A stretch of DNA of 64,000 bases, from NCBI GenBank assembly GCA_046290225.1, contig JBKAGE010000080.1, positions 3,619-67,618 on the forward strand, written 5' to 3'. The stretch is from Bradymonadia bacterium. Its GTDB lineage: Bacteria; Myxococcota_A; Bradymonadia; UBA7976; UBA1532. Under the pieces are notes generated by a model. It ran no database searches, had not been told where the DNA came from, and saw nothing but the letters and a program-made list of their open reading frames with translations. Position numbers and translations under genes: made by a program. Positions 37,482 to 47,831 of this stretch are shown here, in pieces (the first letter of the stretch is position 1; every line of letters starts with the position of its first letter).

Positions 37482-39491
37482 ATGGAGAATCAACCCATGG
37501 ATCCCCTCGCCCATCGCCGACTCGTGGTCTGTCGTGGCGCGCCCGAAGAGACCCTTCACCACGCCCACAGGCTGGTGGCCGACCTCGACCCTGCCCGCGT
37601 GCTGTGGATCAGCCCTGTAGATCCAGCACCGGCGGTGGACTTCCAGTCGCTGCGTCATCATCTGGGTGGTACCTTCGACGCGGTGGTCTTCGACGCCCAC
37701 CACGGGGTGCTCCCCGATGCCCTGGGCCAGGCCCATGGCCTGATCCGCGGCGGCGGTGCCCTGCTCTTGAGGCGCCCCGAGGGCCCACTCTCCACAGGAC
37801 CTGCTCTGCGAGAGCAACTCACTGTTCAGCCCTGGCCCGCAGATGCAGTCGGCAATCGATATCAACGCTTCTTCGAGTCAGTCGTCGACTCGCCCTGCAG
37901 TGATGCGCTGGTGAAGCCACCTATGGCCCCGATTGTGGGCACCTCGGAACAGCGAGCGCTCTCTGAACGCCTCGCTCATATCTTTGCTGGCAACGAGCCG
38001 AGCCTCACAGTGCTCACCGCCGATCGTGGCCGGGGCAAATCCAGCGCCCTCGGCCTCGCCCTCGCGCGGACCCACCGACGGTGTGCCATCACCGCCCTCA
38101 ACGCCCGGGCCGCAGCAGAGGTGATCCGCTTCGCGGGCCCCCAGCACAGCTTTGTACCGCTCCATGGGCTGCTCCACGCCACCGAGACGCCACCTGAGGT
38201 CATCGTCATCGACGAGGCCGCTCAAATCGGCGTGCCCCTGCTTCAACGCATCGTACGCGCCCACCCGAGAGCCCACATCGCCTTCGCCACGACGACCACG
38301 GGCTACGAGGGCACAGGCCGGGGCTTCGTGCTCAAGTTCGTGGCGTGGCTGCGTGCGCTTTCGACAGAGACCTGCCCACTGCACATGCTCACGTTGAAGA
38401 CGCCGATTCGCTGGGCATCGGGTGATCCGCTCGAAGCCTGCGTCCGTCGAGCGCTCCTCCTCGAAGCCGTACCGCCGCCACCCACCGCGCTCTCAGGCCC
38501 CATTGAGCACATCATCCTCGATCGCGACGTGCTCCTAGAGCAGCCCACACAGCTGCAAGACTTCTTCGGGATCCTCGTACACGCCCACTATCGCACCACG
38601 CCGAGCGATCTCCTGCGCATGCTCGATGCCCCCAATGTGGAGCTGCACGCCCTGCAGATGGGGCAGCGCATCGTCGGCGCCAGCCTCGTGGCTCGAGAAG
38701 GCAACCTCGGAGCTGAGCGCTCGCGCGCCGTGCTCGAAGGTCGGCTGAGCCTCAGGGGCCACGCCCTGCCCGAGATGCTCATCGGCCATGGTGGCTGGCT
38801 CGAAGCAGGCGACATGCAAATGGTGCGCAGCGTGCGCATCGCCGTGCACCCCGCCTTGAGGCGCCGCGGTCTCGGGGCCCGACTCGCTGAGGGCGTGCAT
38901 CACAGCACCCGACCCGACCTCTTCGGCACCCTCTTCGGCGCCACGCCCGAGCTGATCGCCTTCAGGCGCAGCCTGGGCTACCACCTCGTACAGCTCGGGG
39001 TCTCTGCAGGCCAGAGCACAGGTGTGCCCAGCGCCGTCATGGTCAAGCCAGCCTCTTCACGGGCCTTCAAGCTCGTAGAACGCATGGGCAGCGCCCTCGC
39101 CCGGGACCTTCCGCTGCAGTTGGCGCTGATGCAAGCCGGTGATCACGTGGTGCTCGACCCTGAGCTGTGCACCACAGCGCTCTCTGCTTGCCCCGAACCT
39201 TCGCCTCTCAGCGAGGCCGAGCGCGACGCCATCACCTGCTCTGTCACCCACGGCCGGAGGCCTTTCGAGTCGGGTGCGGTGGCCGTCCGGGCCTTTGTCT
39301 CAGCCCATTATGAGGCACTCGAGACCCTGGCACCTGTAGAGCAACAATTGATCACCTGGCGGGTCATTCAAGGTCGCAGCTGGTCGGAGATGACTCACAT
39401 TGCCGGACACCCGTCTATTCGAGGGGCAATGAGGGGCCTCCGCAGGGCCTTGAAACGGTTGGTGGAGCACACATTGGGGCCTCCGTGGTGA
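37482..39491 (+). CDS. tmcA: tRNA(Met) cytidine acetyltransferase TmcA
   Basis: TADRGRGKSS, IDEAA, TTTTGYEGTGRGF, PIRWA.GDPLE, AHYRTTPSDL, RIAVHP..RRRGLG. Confidence 0.9.
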   Translation: MENQPMDPLAHRRLVVCRGAPEETLHHAHRLVADLDPARVLWISPVDPAPAVDFQSLRHHLGGTFDAVVFDAHHGVLPDALGQAHGLIRGGGALLLRRPEGPLSTGPALREQLTVQPWPADAVGNRYQRFFESVVDSPCSDALVKPPMAPIVGTSEQRALSERLAHIFAGNEPSLTVLTADRGRGKSSALGLALARTHRRCAITALNARAAAEVIRFAGPQHSFVPLHGLLHATETPPEVIVIDEAAQIGVPLLQRIVRAHPRAHIAFATTTTGYEGTGRGFVLKFVAWLRALSTETCPLHMLTLKTPIRWASGDPLEACVRRALLLEAVPPPPTALSGPIEHIILDRDVLLEQPTQLQDFFGILVHAHYRTTPSDLLRMLDAPNVELHALQMGQRIVGASLVAREGNLGAERSRAVLEGRLSLRGHALPEMLIGHGGWLEAGDMQMVRSVRIAVHPALRRRGLGARLAEGVHHSTRPDLFGTLFGATPELIAFRRSLGYHLVQLGVSAGQSTGVPSAVMVKPASSRAFKLVERMGSALARDLPLQLALMQAGDHVVLDPELCTTALSACPEPSPLSEAERDAITCSVTHGRRPFESGAVAVRAFVSAHYEALETLAPVEQQLITWRVIQGRSWSEMTHIAGHPSIRGAMRGLRRALKRLVEHTLGPPW

Positions 39492-39769
39492 CACAGTTGT
39501 GTGACAATGCGATGAAAAGGGCTGAAAAGTGCAGTAAGAGTTGACTCTCGACCTCGAAAACCTTGTAGACTGGCGCGCAGAAAGATCATCTCAGCAATTT
39601 CGAGTTGAGTGATCAGTCTTCGAGCGCCGACACAAAGCCCCGTCGGAGTTCGAATTGTGAAGGCCCTCGCATGGTGCGCAATCCCGCCACAAGACCGAGA
39701 GCCCCGAGTCGCTTCTCGTAATTGCGAGAGGCATAGGACGCCAGTGTGCGTCAGGAGAGAGTGAAAGAG

Positions 39770-40123
39770 ATGGGTAACAAACTTTTCGTAGGCGGGTTGG
39801 CCTGGGCCACTTCTGATGAGAGCCTCCGCGAAGCCTTCGAGCAGTTCGGTGAGGTCGCCGACGCCAAGGTGATCACCGATCGCGAGACCGGCCGCAGCCG
39901 CGGCTTCGGTTTCGTCACCTTCGCCGAGGGTGGCATCGCTGCAACGGCCAAGGAGGCCATGGACGGTGCTGAGCTCGATGGTCGTCGCATCCGTGTCGAC
40001 GAGGCTGAGGATCGCCGTGGTGGTGGTGGCGGCGGCGGCGGTCGTGGCGGTCGTGGCGGCGGTGGCGGCGGCGGTGGCTACCGCGGTGGTCACGGCGGCG
40101 GTGGCGGCGGTGGCCGCTGGTAA
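39770..40123 (+). CDS. RRM RNA-binding protein with Gly-rich tail
   Basis: KLFVGGL (RNP2), RGFGFVTF (RNP1), RGG tail. Confidence 0.95.
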   Translation: MGNKLFVGGLAWATSDESLREAFEQFGEVADAKVITDRETGRSRGFGFVTFAEGGIAATAKEAMDGAELDGRRIRVDEAEDRRGGGGGGGGRGGRGGGGGGGGYRGGHGGGGGGGRW

Positions 40124-40140
40124 GTCGACCTGACTCTACG

Positions 40141-40166
40141 AGGCTCGCTTAGGCGGGCCTTTTTTT
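40141..40166 (+). terminator. Intrinsic terminator
   Basis: aggctcgc-ttag-gcgggcct followed by a T-run, 17 bp after the RRM stop. Confidence 0.85.
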
Positions 40167-40194
40167 ATGCCCGCAAGCCAACCTCCTGATCTGC

Positions 40195-41388
40195 TCACCC
40201 CTTGCGCTCGACCCGACCGTCAGCGTGCAGAGCGAACCTGCCCTCTTCTCGCTGATGCACCGGATCAGGCCTCGGCCAGGGCCACCCCCCGAAACGTGTG
40301 CGTTGATAATCGACGAAGGCCTGCCTGATCTCATTGGGGGTGTTCATGACGAATGGTCCCCGACGAGCGATGGGCTCTTTGATGGGCCTGCCTTGCAACA
40401 AGAGCATCTGTACCGGCGCCGCGCCCGCCTCGATCGGTACCGGCAAGCCCCCCGCCAGCACCACCCGATGGCCACGCTTCACCTCTCGGCCGGCGATCTT
40501 CACCGTGTCGCCGAGGAATACGTACAGCGAGCGCTCAACGTCGTCTTCGACCTCGGGCATCACCCACCTTGTCCCTGGATCGAGCTTCATCGTCCAGATG
40601 GCCACTTTGGCCTCTGGCCGTGAGGCCCAGGAGCTCGGGGGCGGGCTCTGAGGCACCTGACCATCGAGGGCCCCAGCGACGGTGGTGATCTCGATGGCTC
40701 GCCCAGCGTCGTCCGTCAACGCATGGGTGGGGATCCCCTCTCGCCAGAGCATCGTGAAGTGAGGCTCCACCATTTTGTTGGCCTTGGGCAGGTTGAGCCA
40801 GATCTGGAACAGCTCGCAGGGGTTGTCCTCTGCTTGGGAGCGCAGCGGGAACATCTCGGCGTGCACGATGCCTCGACCGGCGGTCATCCATTGAGCGTCG
40901 CCTGTTCCAAAGCGTGCGGTAGCCCCCATGGAGTCGCTGTGATCGATGAAGCCCTTCCGGGCGAGGGTGACGGTTTCGAAGCCCCGGTGTGGATGCTGTG
41001 GAAACCCGGGGACCTCTTCGCCGTGGTACATCGACCAGCCATCCTTGCCGCCGAAGTCCATGCCGATGCGCCGGCCGGCGAGCGACACCGCAGGACCCAT
41101 CTTCTCGTTGCCCTTGGGGTAGGCGTCATCGTGATGGGCGCAGAACAAGAACGGATCGGAGGTCTGCCATGGAAACGTCAATGGCTCCACGGCCTGAATG
41201 AGCTGATCTGCGTTCACCTGAACCTCCTGGGTATTGGATGAAGTCTTGTCTGGCTGAGGATCTGGAGCGGCACTCGCCTCTGGCGCAGTGGTACTGCACC
41301 CCACAGCACTCACAGTGGCGCTGGTGGCGGCGACGGCTTTCATGAAGTCTCGGCGGCTGACGTCCTCTGTCTGGCTGGGCTTTGACAT
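40195..41388 (-). CDS. Pirin family protein with Tat/lipoprotein signal
   Basis: DPFLFCAHH, GFPQHPHRGFETVT, WMTAGRGIVHAE, QIWLNLP, GPFVMNT. N-terminal SRRDFMK...AVGC. AGGAG RBS. Confidence 0.9.
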   Translation of the reverse strand: MSKPSQTEDVSRRDFMKAVAATSATVSAVGCSTTAPEASAAPDPQPDKTSSNTQEVQVNADQLIQAVEPLTFPWQTSDPFLFCAHHDDAYPKGNEKMGPAVSLAGRRIGMDFGGKDGWSMYHGEEVPGFPQHPHRGFETVTLARKGFIDHSDSMGATARFGTGDAQWMTAGRGIVHAEMFPLRSQAEDNPCELFQIWLNLPKANKMVEPHFTMLWREGIPTHALTDDAGRAIEITTVAGALDGQVPQSPPPSSWASRPEAKVAIWTMKLDPGTRWVMPEVEDDVERSLYVFLGDTVKIAGREVKRGHRVVLAGGLPVPIEAGAAPVQMLLLQGRPIKEPIARRGPFVMNTPNEIRQAFVDYQRTRFGGWPWPRPDPVHQREEGRFALHADGRVERKG

Positions 41389-41548
41389 GGGGCACTCCTG
41401 GCGAATCTCTGACATGTGTTGATGCTCTGACACTATGGGCCGCCGCAGCGCCTTGGAAAGGGCGCCACAGGAAACACACCGTTCCTGTCGTCTCGAGTCG
41501 GCCTCTGTCGCCCATATCGATGTTGATCACTTCATGAGGCATCGATCC

Positions 41549-44500
41549 ATGCATCAGACCCACGCAGCCCCTCTCCGCCTCGAGCCCACCACCACCCACG
41601 GCGCCCCTCAGACCGATGCGGCAGCAGGCGCTGTCGGGGCTCAGCTACAGGCCATGGAGCTTTTGGGGCACATGGGTCCACAACACATGGAGATGTCACC
41701 GGTGGCGCAGAGCGCCGCACTGCAGCCCATGGCCCAGCCCACGGGTCCGGCTCGAGCGCCCACGGCGAAGCCCATACCAACACGCCACGGATCATCCTCT
41801 CGAGGGCTCGAAGAAGAGCTCGCGCTCGATGAAGACGAGTTGCCGCCTGAGGCCCCTCCAGAGGATGGCGATGTGGCAACCGCCGAGACTCAGTCAGACC
41901 CTGATGAAGCTGAGGCTCAGGAGGAGACGCCTGTAGAGGCTGAAGCCATAGAGGAGGATGCACCGCCTCCGGAAGAAGAGGTGATCTCCGATGCCCCGAA
42001 CGCCCACGATGGAGAGGCACACACCAGCGAAGAAGAGGGCGACGAGGAGGCATCACCCAACCACCCACCTCAGGCTGAGGGCCCCACACACACGGACGCT
42101 GAGCACGCGAACACTGAGCACACGGACGCTGGCCTGGCAGACACAGAGCATACAAGTGCCGAGCAAAACCCACATCCACCCGAGGCGGGTGAGCACACAG
42201 ACGATGTTGGTCCCAAGGATGCTCAAAGCAACGACCCTCAGAGCAAAGACGACACGCAAACGCTCGACGCCCCACCTGAGCTGAGCGCAGCTCTACAACA
42301 CCCAGAAACCACTGGCGCGCCCTCTCCGCTGGAGCAGCACGGGCACGCACCAGCGTTGACACCTGGGGCAGAGCACATGCTCACGCCAGAGCAGAACATG
42401 GCAGTGGATCCACAGCTCAACCTGCCTGCCTCTGCGCCGACACTTGTTGCCCCCGCTGTGATGTCTCCTGCCGTCGGGCAGAAGATGGCGGGGCCCCTCG
42501 CTGGGGTCTCCATCCCCGACAACGTCGTCTCTGAGCAGGTCATGCGTTTCATCGCCCCTGATCTGGCCACCACCCTCGACGAGGCCTCTGACCGTGGCGC
42601 TCAGGGGCTCTCGGAGCAGTTGGACCTCGTCGCGCAGGGAGCGACCTCGGCCGCCCACCCCATCGAGGCGCCCGCCGCTGCGACCACGCCAGACCTCATC
42701 TCAGAGGGCGCAGCCTTGCTGCCAACATCCGATGCCGCAACAACGCTCTCCCCCATTGTCAAGCAAGCGCAAGGCCTTCAAGAGAGCGCCCTCGATGTCT
42801 TCGATGGCCAGGCCAGCGTCGACGCCCTGGTGCAGCGACCCGCTGATGACAGCGCGCCAGAGGGCACCCCACTCGTGGGGGCGCTGGCTGCTCTCAGCGA
42901 GCAGCTGAAGCCGCTCACCGAAGCTGCCGACTCGGCCTTTGCGGAGATCAAGACCAGCGTCACAGGCCATGGCCAGGCGGCGCAGAGCGCCCGCGACGAG
43001 GTACAGAGCTCCATCGCACAGGCTGATACAGAGATGCTGCATACGCCTGAGATAAAGCGACCTGCGCTGGCAGCCTCTCAGCTGGCAACGCCCACTCAAC
43101 CACCCCGCAAGGTTGCGCTGCCCTCTGCGCCCAAGATCAAGTCGCCCGGCCACGCTCGAACAGCATCCGCAGATACACACACAGAAGCCACGCGCTCGAC
43201 GGGCGCAGAGCAGACAGCCACTCCGCCTGTAGCCGCGCCTCAGCCCGTCACCATGGCAGCCCCGACGCCCAAAGCCATGCAGCTCACCCCGCCCCTCCCT
43301 CGCGTCGCGGCGCAGCCGGCGAAGGCGGCAGCGCCAGTGATGGTTGCCCCAGCTGCCGAGGTCTCTGCGGGCGAAACCCCTGCGGCCCTCGACCACAATG
43401 CCGTGGACCTCGCCGTCGAGCCCATGGCGCCCGCGCAGCTCGACGACAAAACAGCGCCTTCTCCAGAGAGCGCGCCACAGTGCGAAGGGTGTGATGCCCC
43501 TGCTGAAGCCCCCGATCGGGGTCACACGCTCACCGAACAAGTGCCGCAGTTCAGCCACACACCCCAACCCATGAGCCCGCTGGCACCACTTGAGGGTGGG
43601 GTTGCGCCTGTAGTGGCGCCGCCTGAAGCCCTGATGGGTATCCCTGTCATTGGAGAAGCCTTCCAGCAACTCGGCGGTGACCTGCACAGTCAGCTCACCG
43701 AAGGCATGTCACACGTGAGCGAGGGCGTACATACACAGCTCGAGGGCACCCGTGGCGATCTCGACGCACAGCTGGGTGAAGCAGCAGAAGGTGCACGTAC
43801 AACCTTCGGCGCTCAAGCAGAGCAGCTCGACGACGCGCTCCATGGACGCCAGGTGGCCCTCACCACAGCCCTGGGAGAGGCCGAGTGCGCTGTGGGGTGT
43901 GGTGCCAACACGCAGCGGGCCAGGGTCGGCCAGCAGGCTGGGGGTCGAACGGCTCAAGCCGAGGCGGCCACAGAGAGTCAGGTCGGCGAGGCCCACGCTC
44001 AGGGCGAAGCAGAGCTGGCGCGCATCACCGAGGAGGGGAAGTCCGGTGTCGCCGGGGCGCGTCGTCACGGCAAGACGGTCGTCACAGGCGTAGACGCCAA
44101 AGCCAAGACGTGCAGCGCTGAGACCAAAGCCCGCCTCGGCGCGCTCGCCACCGAGCTCACCGAGCACGAGGCCGCAGAGCTGACGCGTCTCGACGAGACC
44201 AGGGCGCAGGCCATCAAGGATCTCGACGCGAAGATGGAGAGCGAGCGCCAGCGCATGGTGGACGAGGCCAAAGCCCAGGAGGCCGCCCTCGACGCCGAGA
44301 TCGCCCGACGGGACAGCGAGATCCAAGGTGAGATCACCGAGCGAAAGACGCGACTCGATGAGCACGTGAAGATCGAGCACGGATTCCTCGAGCAATCGGC
44401 GAAGACCGAAAAAGAGGATCTCAACAAGCAGCTCGCCAAGCAAATCGCCGCCATCGACAAAGAAACCACCGCTCAAGACAAGGCCCTCGAAGCTGAAGGC

Positions 44501-46762
44501 ATCAAGCAAGCCAAAGCCGTCACCACCGAGGCACAGACACAGGGCAAGAAGGCCATCGCCATGGGCGAGAAGAAGGCCAAGGAGGCCATCGCCGCCGCCA
44601 ACGCCCGGGCCAGCGGCCTCAGCGACGCCACCGAGGCGAGCAAGGTCCGCAGCCTGGGCTTCGATCGCGCCTCCACCGCCCGCAACCGAGCCAGGTCACG
44701 GGTCAGATCACTGGAGCGTCGGGCCAAGGTGCAATCGTCGGTGATCGCCTTCCAGACCAAGATGAACCGCGCGGGGCTCGTCGTGAGCGCCAAGCAGAAA
44801 AAGACCACTCTACAAGAGACCCACAAGGCCTCGGTCAAGGCCATCGACCAGCAGCTTGCCCACGGCAAGAAAGCTGTGCAGAAGCAAGCAGACGACGGCC
44901 TCAAGGCCATCGAGGCCGATCGCAAGCAGATGCTCGCGGCTCTCGCGCAGCACAAGCAGGACACCCTCGCCAAGATCAACCAGACCATCCAAGATGGGGA
45001 GGCCGAGATCTCCAAGGTGCGTGATGCCGCGCTCCAGAAAATCGAGACCGCCCACCAGAAGGCCGCAGAGCAGATCAAGAAGAAGACCGCCGATGCTCTG
45101 GCGAAGCTCGAGGCTGGATGCGATCGGGATCTCACTCGTCTGGAGCGGATGGCAGAGCGCACCAAGAAGCAGGTCACCGCACAGATCACCACCGCCGAAG
45201 CCAAGATGAAGGGGCATATTCAGGTGGCGGCGCGCCGGGCGAAGCAGAAGATCAACCTGAAGGTGAACGCCATCAAGGCTCAGGGGCGGAAGGCTGTGAA
45301 AGCCGTGAAGACCTTCTCCGACGCAGCCCTGAAAGCCATCGACGCCTCCGCCACCGCGGCTCACATGGCCATCGGCAAGACCGGTACAGAAGAAGAGACC
45401 AAGATCCTGCAGGCCGGCAACATGCTGGAGCAGTCGCTCAAGCTGCTCGGCGACACCTACATGATCAACCTCAAGTCTGATCACAAAGCTCGACTCAAGG
45501 GGCTCAAAGACAGCGGGAAGGCCGCGCGGAAGGGGCTCATCAAACACCGCCAGGCGCTGCGCAAGGACATCGACCAGGAGTGGGCCGACGACGCCCGGCG
45601 CGCAGCAGAGAAGCTGCTCGACGACAACGGTGTCGCCAACGTGGTCACCGACGGCGAGGCCACCGAGGCAGCCCTGATCATGACCAGCCTGCCGGCGAAG
45701 GCCAAGAAGACCGCCTTCAAGGAGATGGACGACGATCGTTTCCAAAACCTGCTCGACGAGTTGCCGAGTGATCGCAAGATGGATCTCTACGCCCACATGA
45801 GCGGCACCGAGGTCTCGGGCCACATCGCCCACAACTTCGCCAAATGGGCCGGTGAAGATGGCTACCTGAGCGCCAAGGAGATCTCGGCTCTGATGGCTGA
45901 CCCAAACATCACAGGCGAAGATGCAGCGGCTCTGGCCACCCTGCGCTCCAAGCTACAGGGCGCGAGCAAGCTCAACAATGACGAGTGGGGAGACGAGACC
46001 ACGGGCATGACCCTCGACGACTTCGCCCACGTGGCCAAGACGAAGGATCTCGACTACGGCTACACCTCGGGACTCGACTCGATCAAAGAGAAGAAGAGCC
46101 AGGGACTGTTCACCGACCCGAAGCGGCAGGTGGACTGGCAGAAGATGAAGCAGAAGAAGATCGGGGATTGTTACTGGCTCGCCGCCCTCAACACACAGAT
46201 CAAGCGAGACCCCGACTTCCCCAACAAGGCCATTCAGGAGAACAAAGACGGCAGCTACACCGTAACCCTGCCCAACCGGGGCACCGTCACCGTCGAGCCC
46301 CTGACCGAGGCGGAGATGGCCACCACGGGCAACGCCGACGGCAACTGGCTCGCGGTGATGGAGAAGGCCTACGCCAAGAGCCGATCCAGCGAGCATGACG
46401 ACGAGTACCAGGCCATCCATGGGGATCCCATCGAGCTGGGCATCAAAGACGCCACGGGCAATGAAGCCAACGTGGACAAGATGAAGGATGTGAAGCCCAC
46501 AGACACGGCGAAGAAGATGGAGGACGCCTTCAAGAACGGCAAGGTGGTCACTGCCTCGATCAGCAAGAGCAACAAGTACAACCTGCCCGACGGCCACGCC
46601 TACACGGTGATGGGCTACGATCCGGTGAAGAAGACCGTCCAGCTGCGCAACCCCTGGGGCCACGGCGAGGGCAGCACCGGCGACGGCAAGAACGATGGGG
46701 TGTTCACGCTCACGCTGGAGGAGTATCACGACATCGTAAGCCGTACGGCGTACGAAGACTGA
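41549..46762 (+). CDS. Very large protein: acidic/Pro-rich N-terminus, long coiled coil, EF-hand-like motif, C-terminal calpain-like (C2) cysteine protease
   Basis: QKKIGDCYWLAAL, W..VMEKAYAK, GHAYTVMG, LRNPWG; DGYLSAKEI. Start uncertain (41435/41534/41549). Confidence 0.85.
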   Translation: MHQTHAAPLRLEPTTTHGAPQTDAAAGAVGAQLQAMELLGHMGPQHMEMSPVAQSAALQPMAQPTGPARAPTAKPIPTRHGSSSRGLEEELALDEDELPPEAPPEDGDVATAETQSDPDEAEAQEETPVEAEAIEEDAPPPEEEVISDAPNAHDGEAHTSEEEGDEEASPNHPPQAEGPTHTDAEHANTEHTDAGLADTEHTSAEQNPHPPEAGEHTDDVGPKDAQSNDPQSKDDTQTLDAPPELSAALQHPETTGAPSPLEQHGHAPALTPGAEHMLTPEQNMAVDPQLNLPASAPTLVAPAVMSPAVGQKMAGPLAGVSIPDNVVSEQVMRFIAPDLATTLDEASDRGAQGLSEQLDLVAQGATSAAHPIEAPAAATTPDLISEGAALLPTSDAATTLSPIVKQAQGLQESALDVFDGQASVDALVQRPADDSAPEGTPLVGALAALSEQLKPLTEAADSAFAEIKTSVTGHGQAAQSARDEVQSSIAQADTEMLHTPEIKRPALAASQLATPTQPPRKVALPSAPKIKSPGHARTASADTHTEATRSTGAEQTATPPVAAPQPVTMAAPTPKAMQLTPPLPRVAAQPAKAAAPVMVAPAAEVSAGETPAALDHNAVDLAVEPMAPAQLDDKTAPSPESAPQCEGCDAPAEAPDRGHTLTEQVPQFSHTPQPMSPLAPLEGGVAPVVAPPEALMGIPVIGEAFQQLGGDLHSQLTEGMSHVSEGVHTQLEGTRGDLDAQLGEAAEGARTTFGAQAEQLDDALHGRQVALTTALGEAECAVGCGANTQRARVGQQAGGRTAQAEAATESQVGEAHAQGEAELARITEEGKSGVAGARRHGKTVVTGVDAKAKTCSAETKARLGALATELTEHEAAELTRLDETRAQAIKDLDAKMESERQRMVDEAKAQEAALDAEIARRDSEIQGEITERKTRLDEHVKIEHGFLEQSAKTEKEDLNKQLAKQIAAIDKETTAQDKALEAEGIKQAKAVTTEAQTQGKKAIAMGEKKAKEAIAAANARASGLSDATEASKVRSLGFDRASTARNRARSRVRSLERRAKVQSSVIAFQTKMNRAGLVVSAKQKKTTLQETHKASVKAIDQQLAHGKKAVQKQADDGLKAIEADRKQMLAALAQHKQDTLAKINQTIQDGEAEISKVRDAALQKIETAHQKAAEQIKKKTADALAKLEAGCDRDLTRLERMAERTKKQVTAQITTAEAKMKGHIQVAARRAKQKINLKVNAIKAQGRKAVKAVKTFSDAALKAIDASATAAHMAIGKTGTEEETKILQAGNMLEQSLKLLGDTYMINLKSDHKARLKGLKDSGKAARKGLIKHRQALRKDIDQEWADDARRAAEKLLDDNGVANVVTDGEATEAALIMTSLPAKAKKTAFKEMDDDRFQNLLDELPSDRKMDLYAHMSGTEVSGHIAHNFAKWAGEDGYLSAKEISALMADPNITGEDAAALATLRSKLQGASKLNNDEWGDETTGMTLDDFAHVAKTKDLDYGYTSGLDSIKEKKSQGLFTDPKRQVDWQKMKQKKIGDCYWLAALNTQIKRDPDFPNKAIQENKDGSYTVTLPNRGTVTVEPLTEAEMATTGNADGNWLAVMEKAYAKSRSSEHDDEYQAIHGDPIELGIKDATGNEANVDKMKDVKPTDTAKKMEDAFKNGKVVTASISKSNKYNLPDGHAYTVMGYDPVKKTVQLRNPWGHGEGSTGDGKNDGVFTLTLEEYHDIVSRTAYED

Positions 46763-46774
46763 CGAAGGCGACGC

Positions 46775-47554
46775 ATGATCACCAGCAGCACCAACCCCCG
46801 GGTCAAATCAGTGGTCCGGCTCCAGCAAAAAGCCGCGGAGCGCCGGACCACGGGCACCTTCTGCGTGGAGACCCCCCGCACCCTCGAGCGGGCCCTCACC
46901 GCGGGGCTTACCGTGGACACGATCTACTTCGATCCCGACGACGCCCCCCCCATGCACCTGATGGAGCGCGCCCTGGCCTCTGGTGCCAGGGCCATGGAGG
47001 TGAAACGCTCGGTCCTCGAGAAGATGGCGTATCGCAATCACCCCGAGGGCTTCGTGGCGGTGATCCGTGGGCGGTCGACCACGCTGGAGGATCTCGGCGA
47101 GGTGGGCTGGTGCGTGGTGTGCAGCAACGTAGAGAAGCCCGGCAACCTCGGGGCGATCCTCCGTACGGCCGACGGCGCTGGCGCCTCGGCGGTCCTCGTC
47201 GATCAACCTGGCTTCGACCTCTACAACCCCAACTGCATCCGGGCGAGCACGGGGGCGGTCTTCTCGATGCCGGTGATCTGCGACACCGCAGCGCATCTAC
47301 GCACGTGGCTCTCGGATCGAAAAATGCGCTGCGTCGCCGCAACCCCCGAGGCAGATCAGCTCTACACCGAGGCTGATCTCGGCGGCCCTGTGGCGCTGGT
47401 CCTCGGCGCCGAGGCAGAGGGTCTCGATGCGGACTGGAAAGCAGTGGCAGCTCCTGTCCGCCTGCCCATGCACGGCCTCGCGGACTCTCTCAATGTCTCG
47501 GTGACCGCGGGCATTCTGATGTACGAGACGCTGCGCCAGCGATCAGTCCGCTGA
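46775..47554 (+). CDS. TrmH/SpoU family RNA methyltransferase
   Basis: ITSSTNPRVK, EKPGNLGAILRTADGAG, RASTGAVF, LGAEAEGL, DSLNVSV. Confidence 0.93.
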   Translation: MITSSTNPRVKSVVRLQQKAAERRTTGTFCVETPRTLERALTAGLTVDTIYFDPDDAPPMHLMERALASGARAMEVKRSVLEKMAYRNHPEGFVAVIRGRSTTLEDLGEVGWCVVCSNVEKPGNLGAILRTADGAGASAVLVDQPGFDLYNPNCIRASTGAVFSMPVICDTAAHLRTWLSDRKMRCVAATPEADQLYTEADLGGPVALVLGAEAEGLDADWKAVAAPVRLPMHGLADSLNVSVTAGILMYETLRQRSVR

Positions 47555-47815
47555 GGTCTTGAGATCTCTCACCGCCTCGACGGCGGCATCGATGCTGCTC
47601 AACACCCGCCGCGCATGCCGTAAAAAGACCTCCCCCTCCGGCAAAAGCGTGACCCCTTTCGAGGTGCGCTCGAACAGCGGGGTGCCCAGCTCATCTTCCA
47701 GGGCCCGCAGGTGTCGAGTGAGAGGCGGTTGAGATACATGCAATCGCTCTGCGGCTCCACGGAGGCTGCCCTCTTCGGCGATGGCGACGAAGTATTCGAT
47801 TTGGTGCAGGCTCAT
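47543..47815 (-). CDS. Stand-alone LysR HTH protein (no effector domain)
   Basis: YFVAIAEEGS..AAERLHVSQPPLTR.LRALEDELGTPLFERT; 90 aa; AAGGAGG RBS. Confidence 0.85.
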   Translation of the reverse strand: MSLHQIEYFVAIAEEGSLRGAAERLHVSQPPLTRHLRALEDELGTPLFERTSKGVTLLPEGEVFLRHARRVLSSIDAAVEAVRDLKTSAD

Positions 47816-47831
47816 GGGCCCTCCTTCATGA

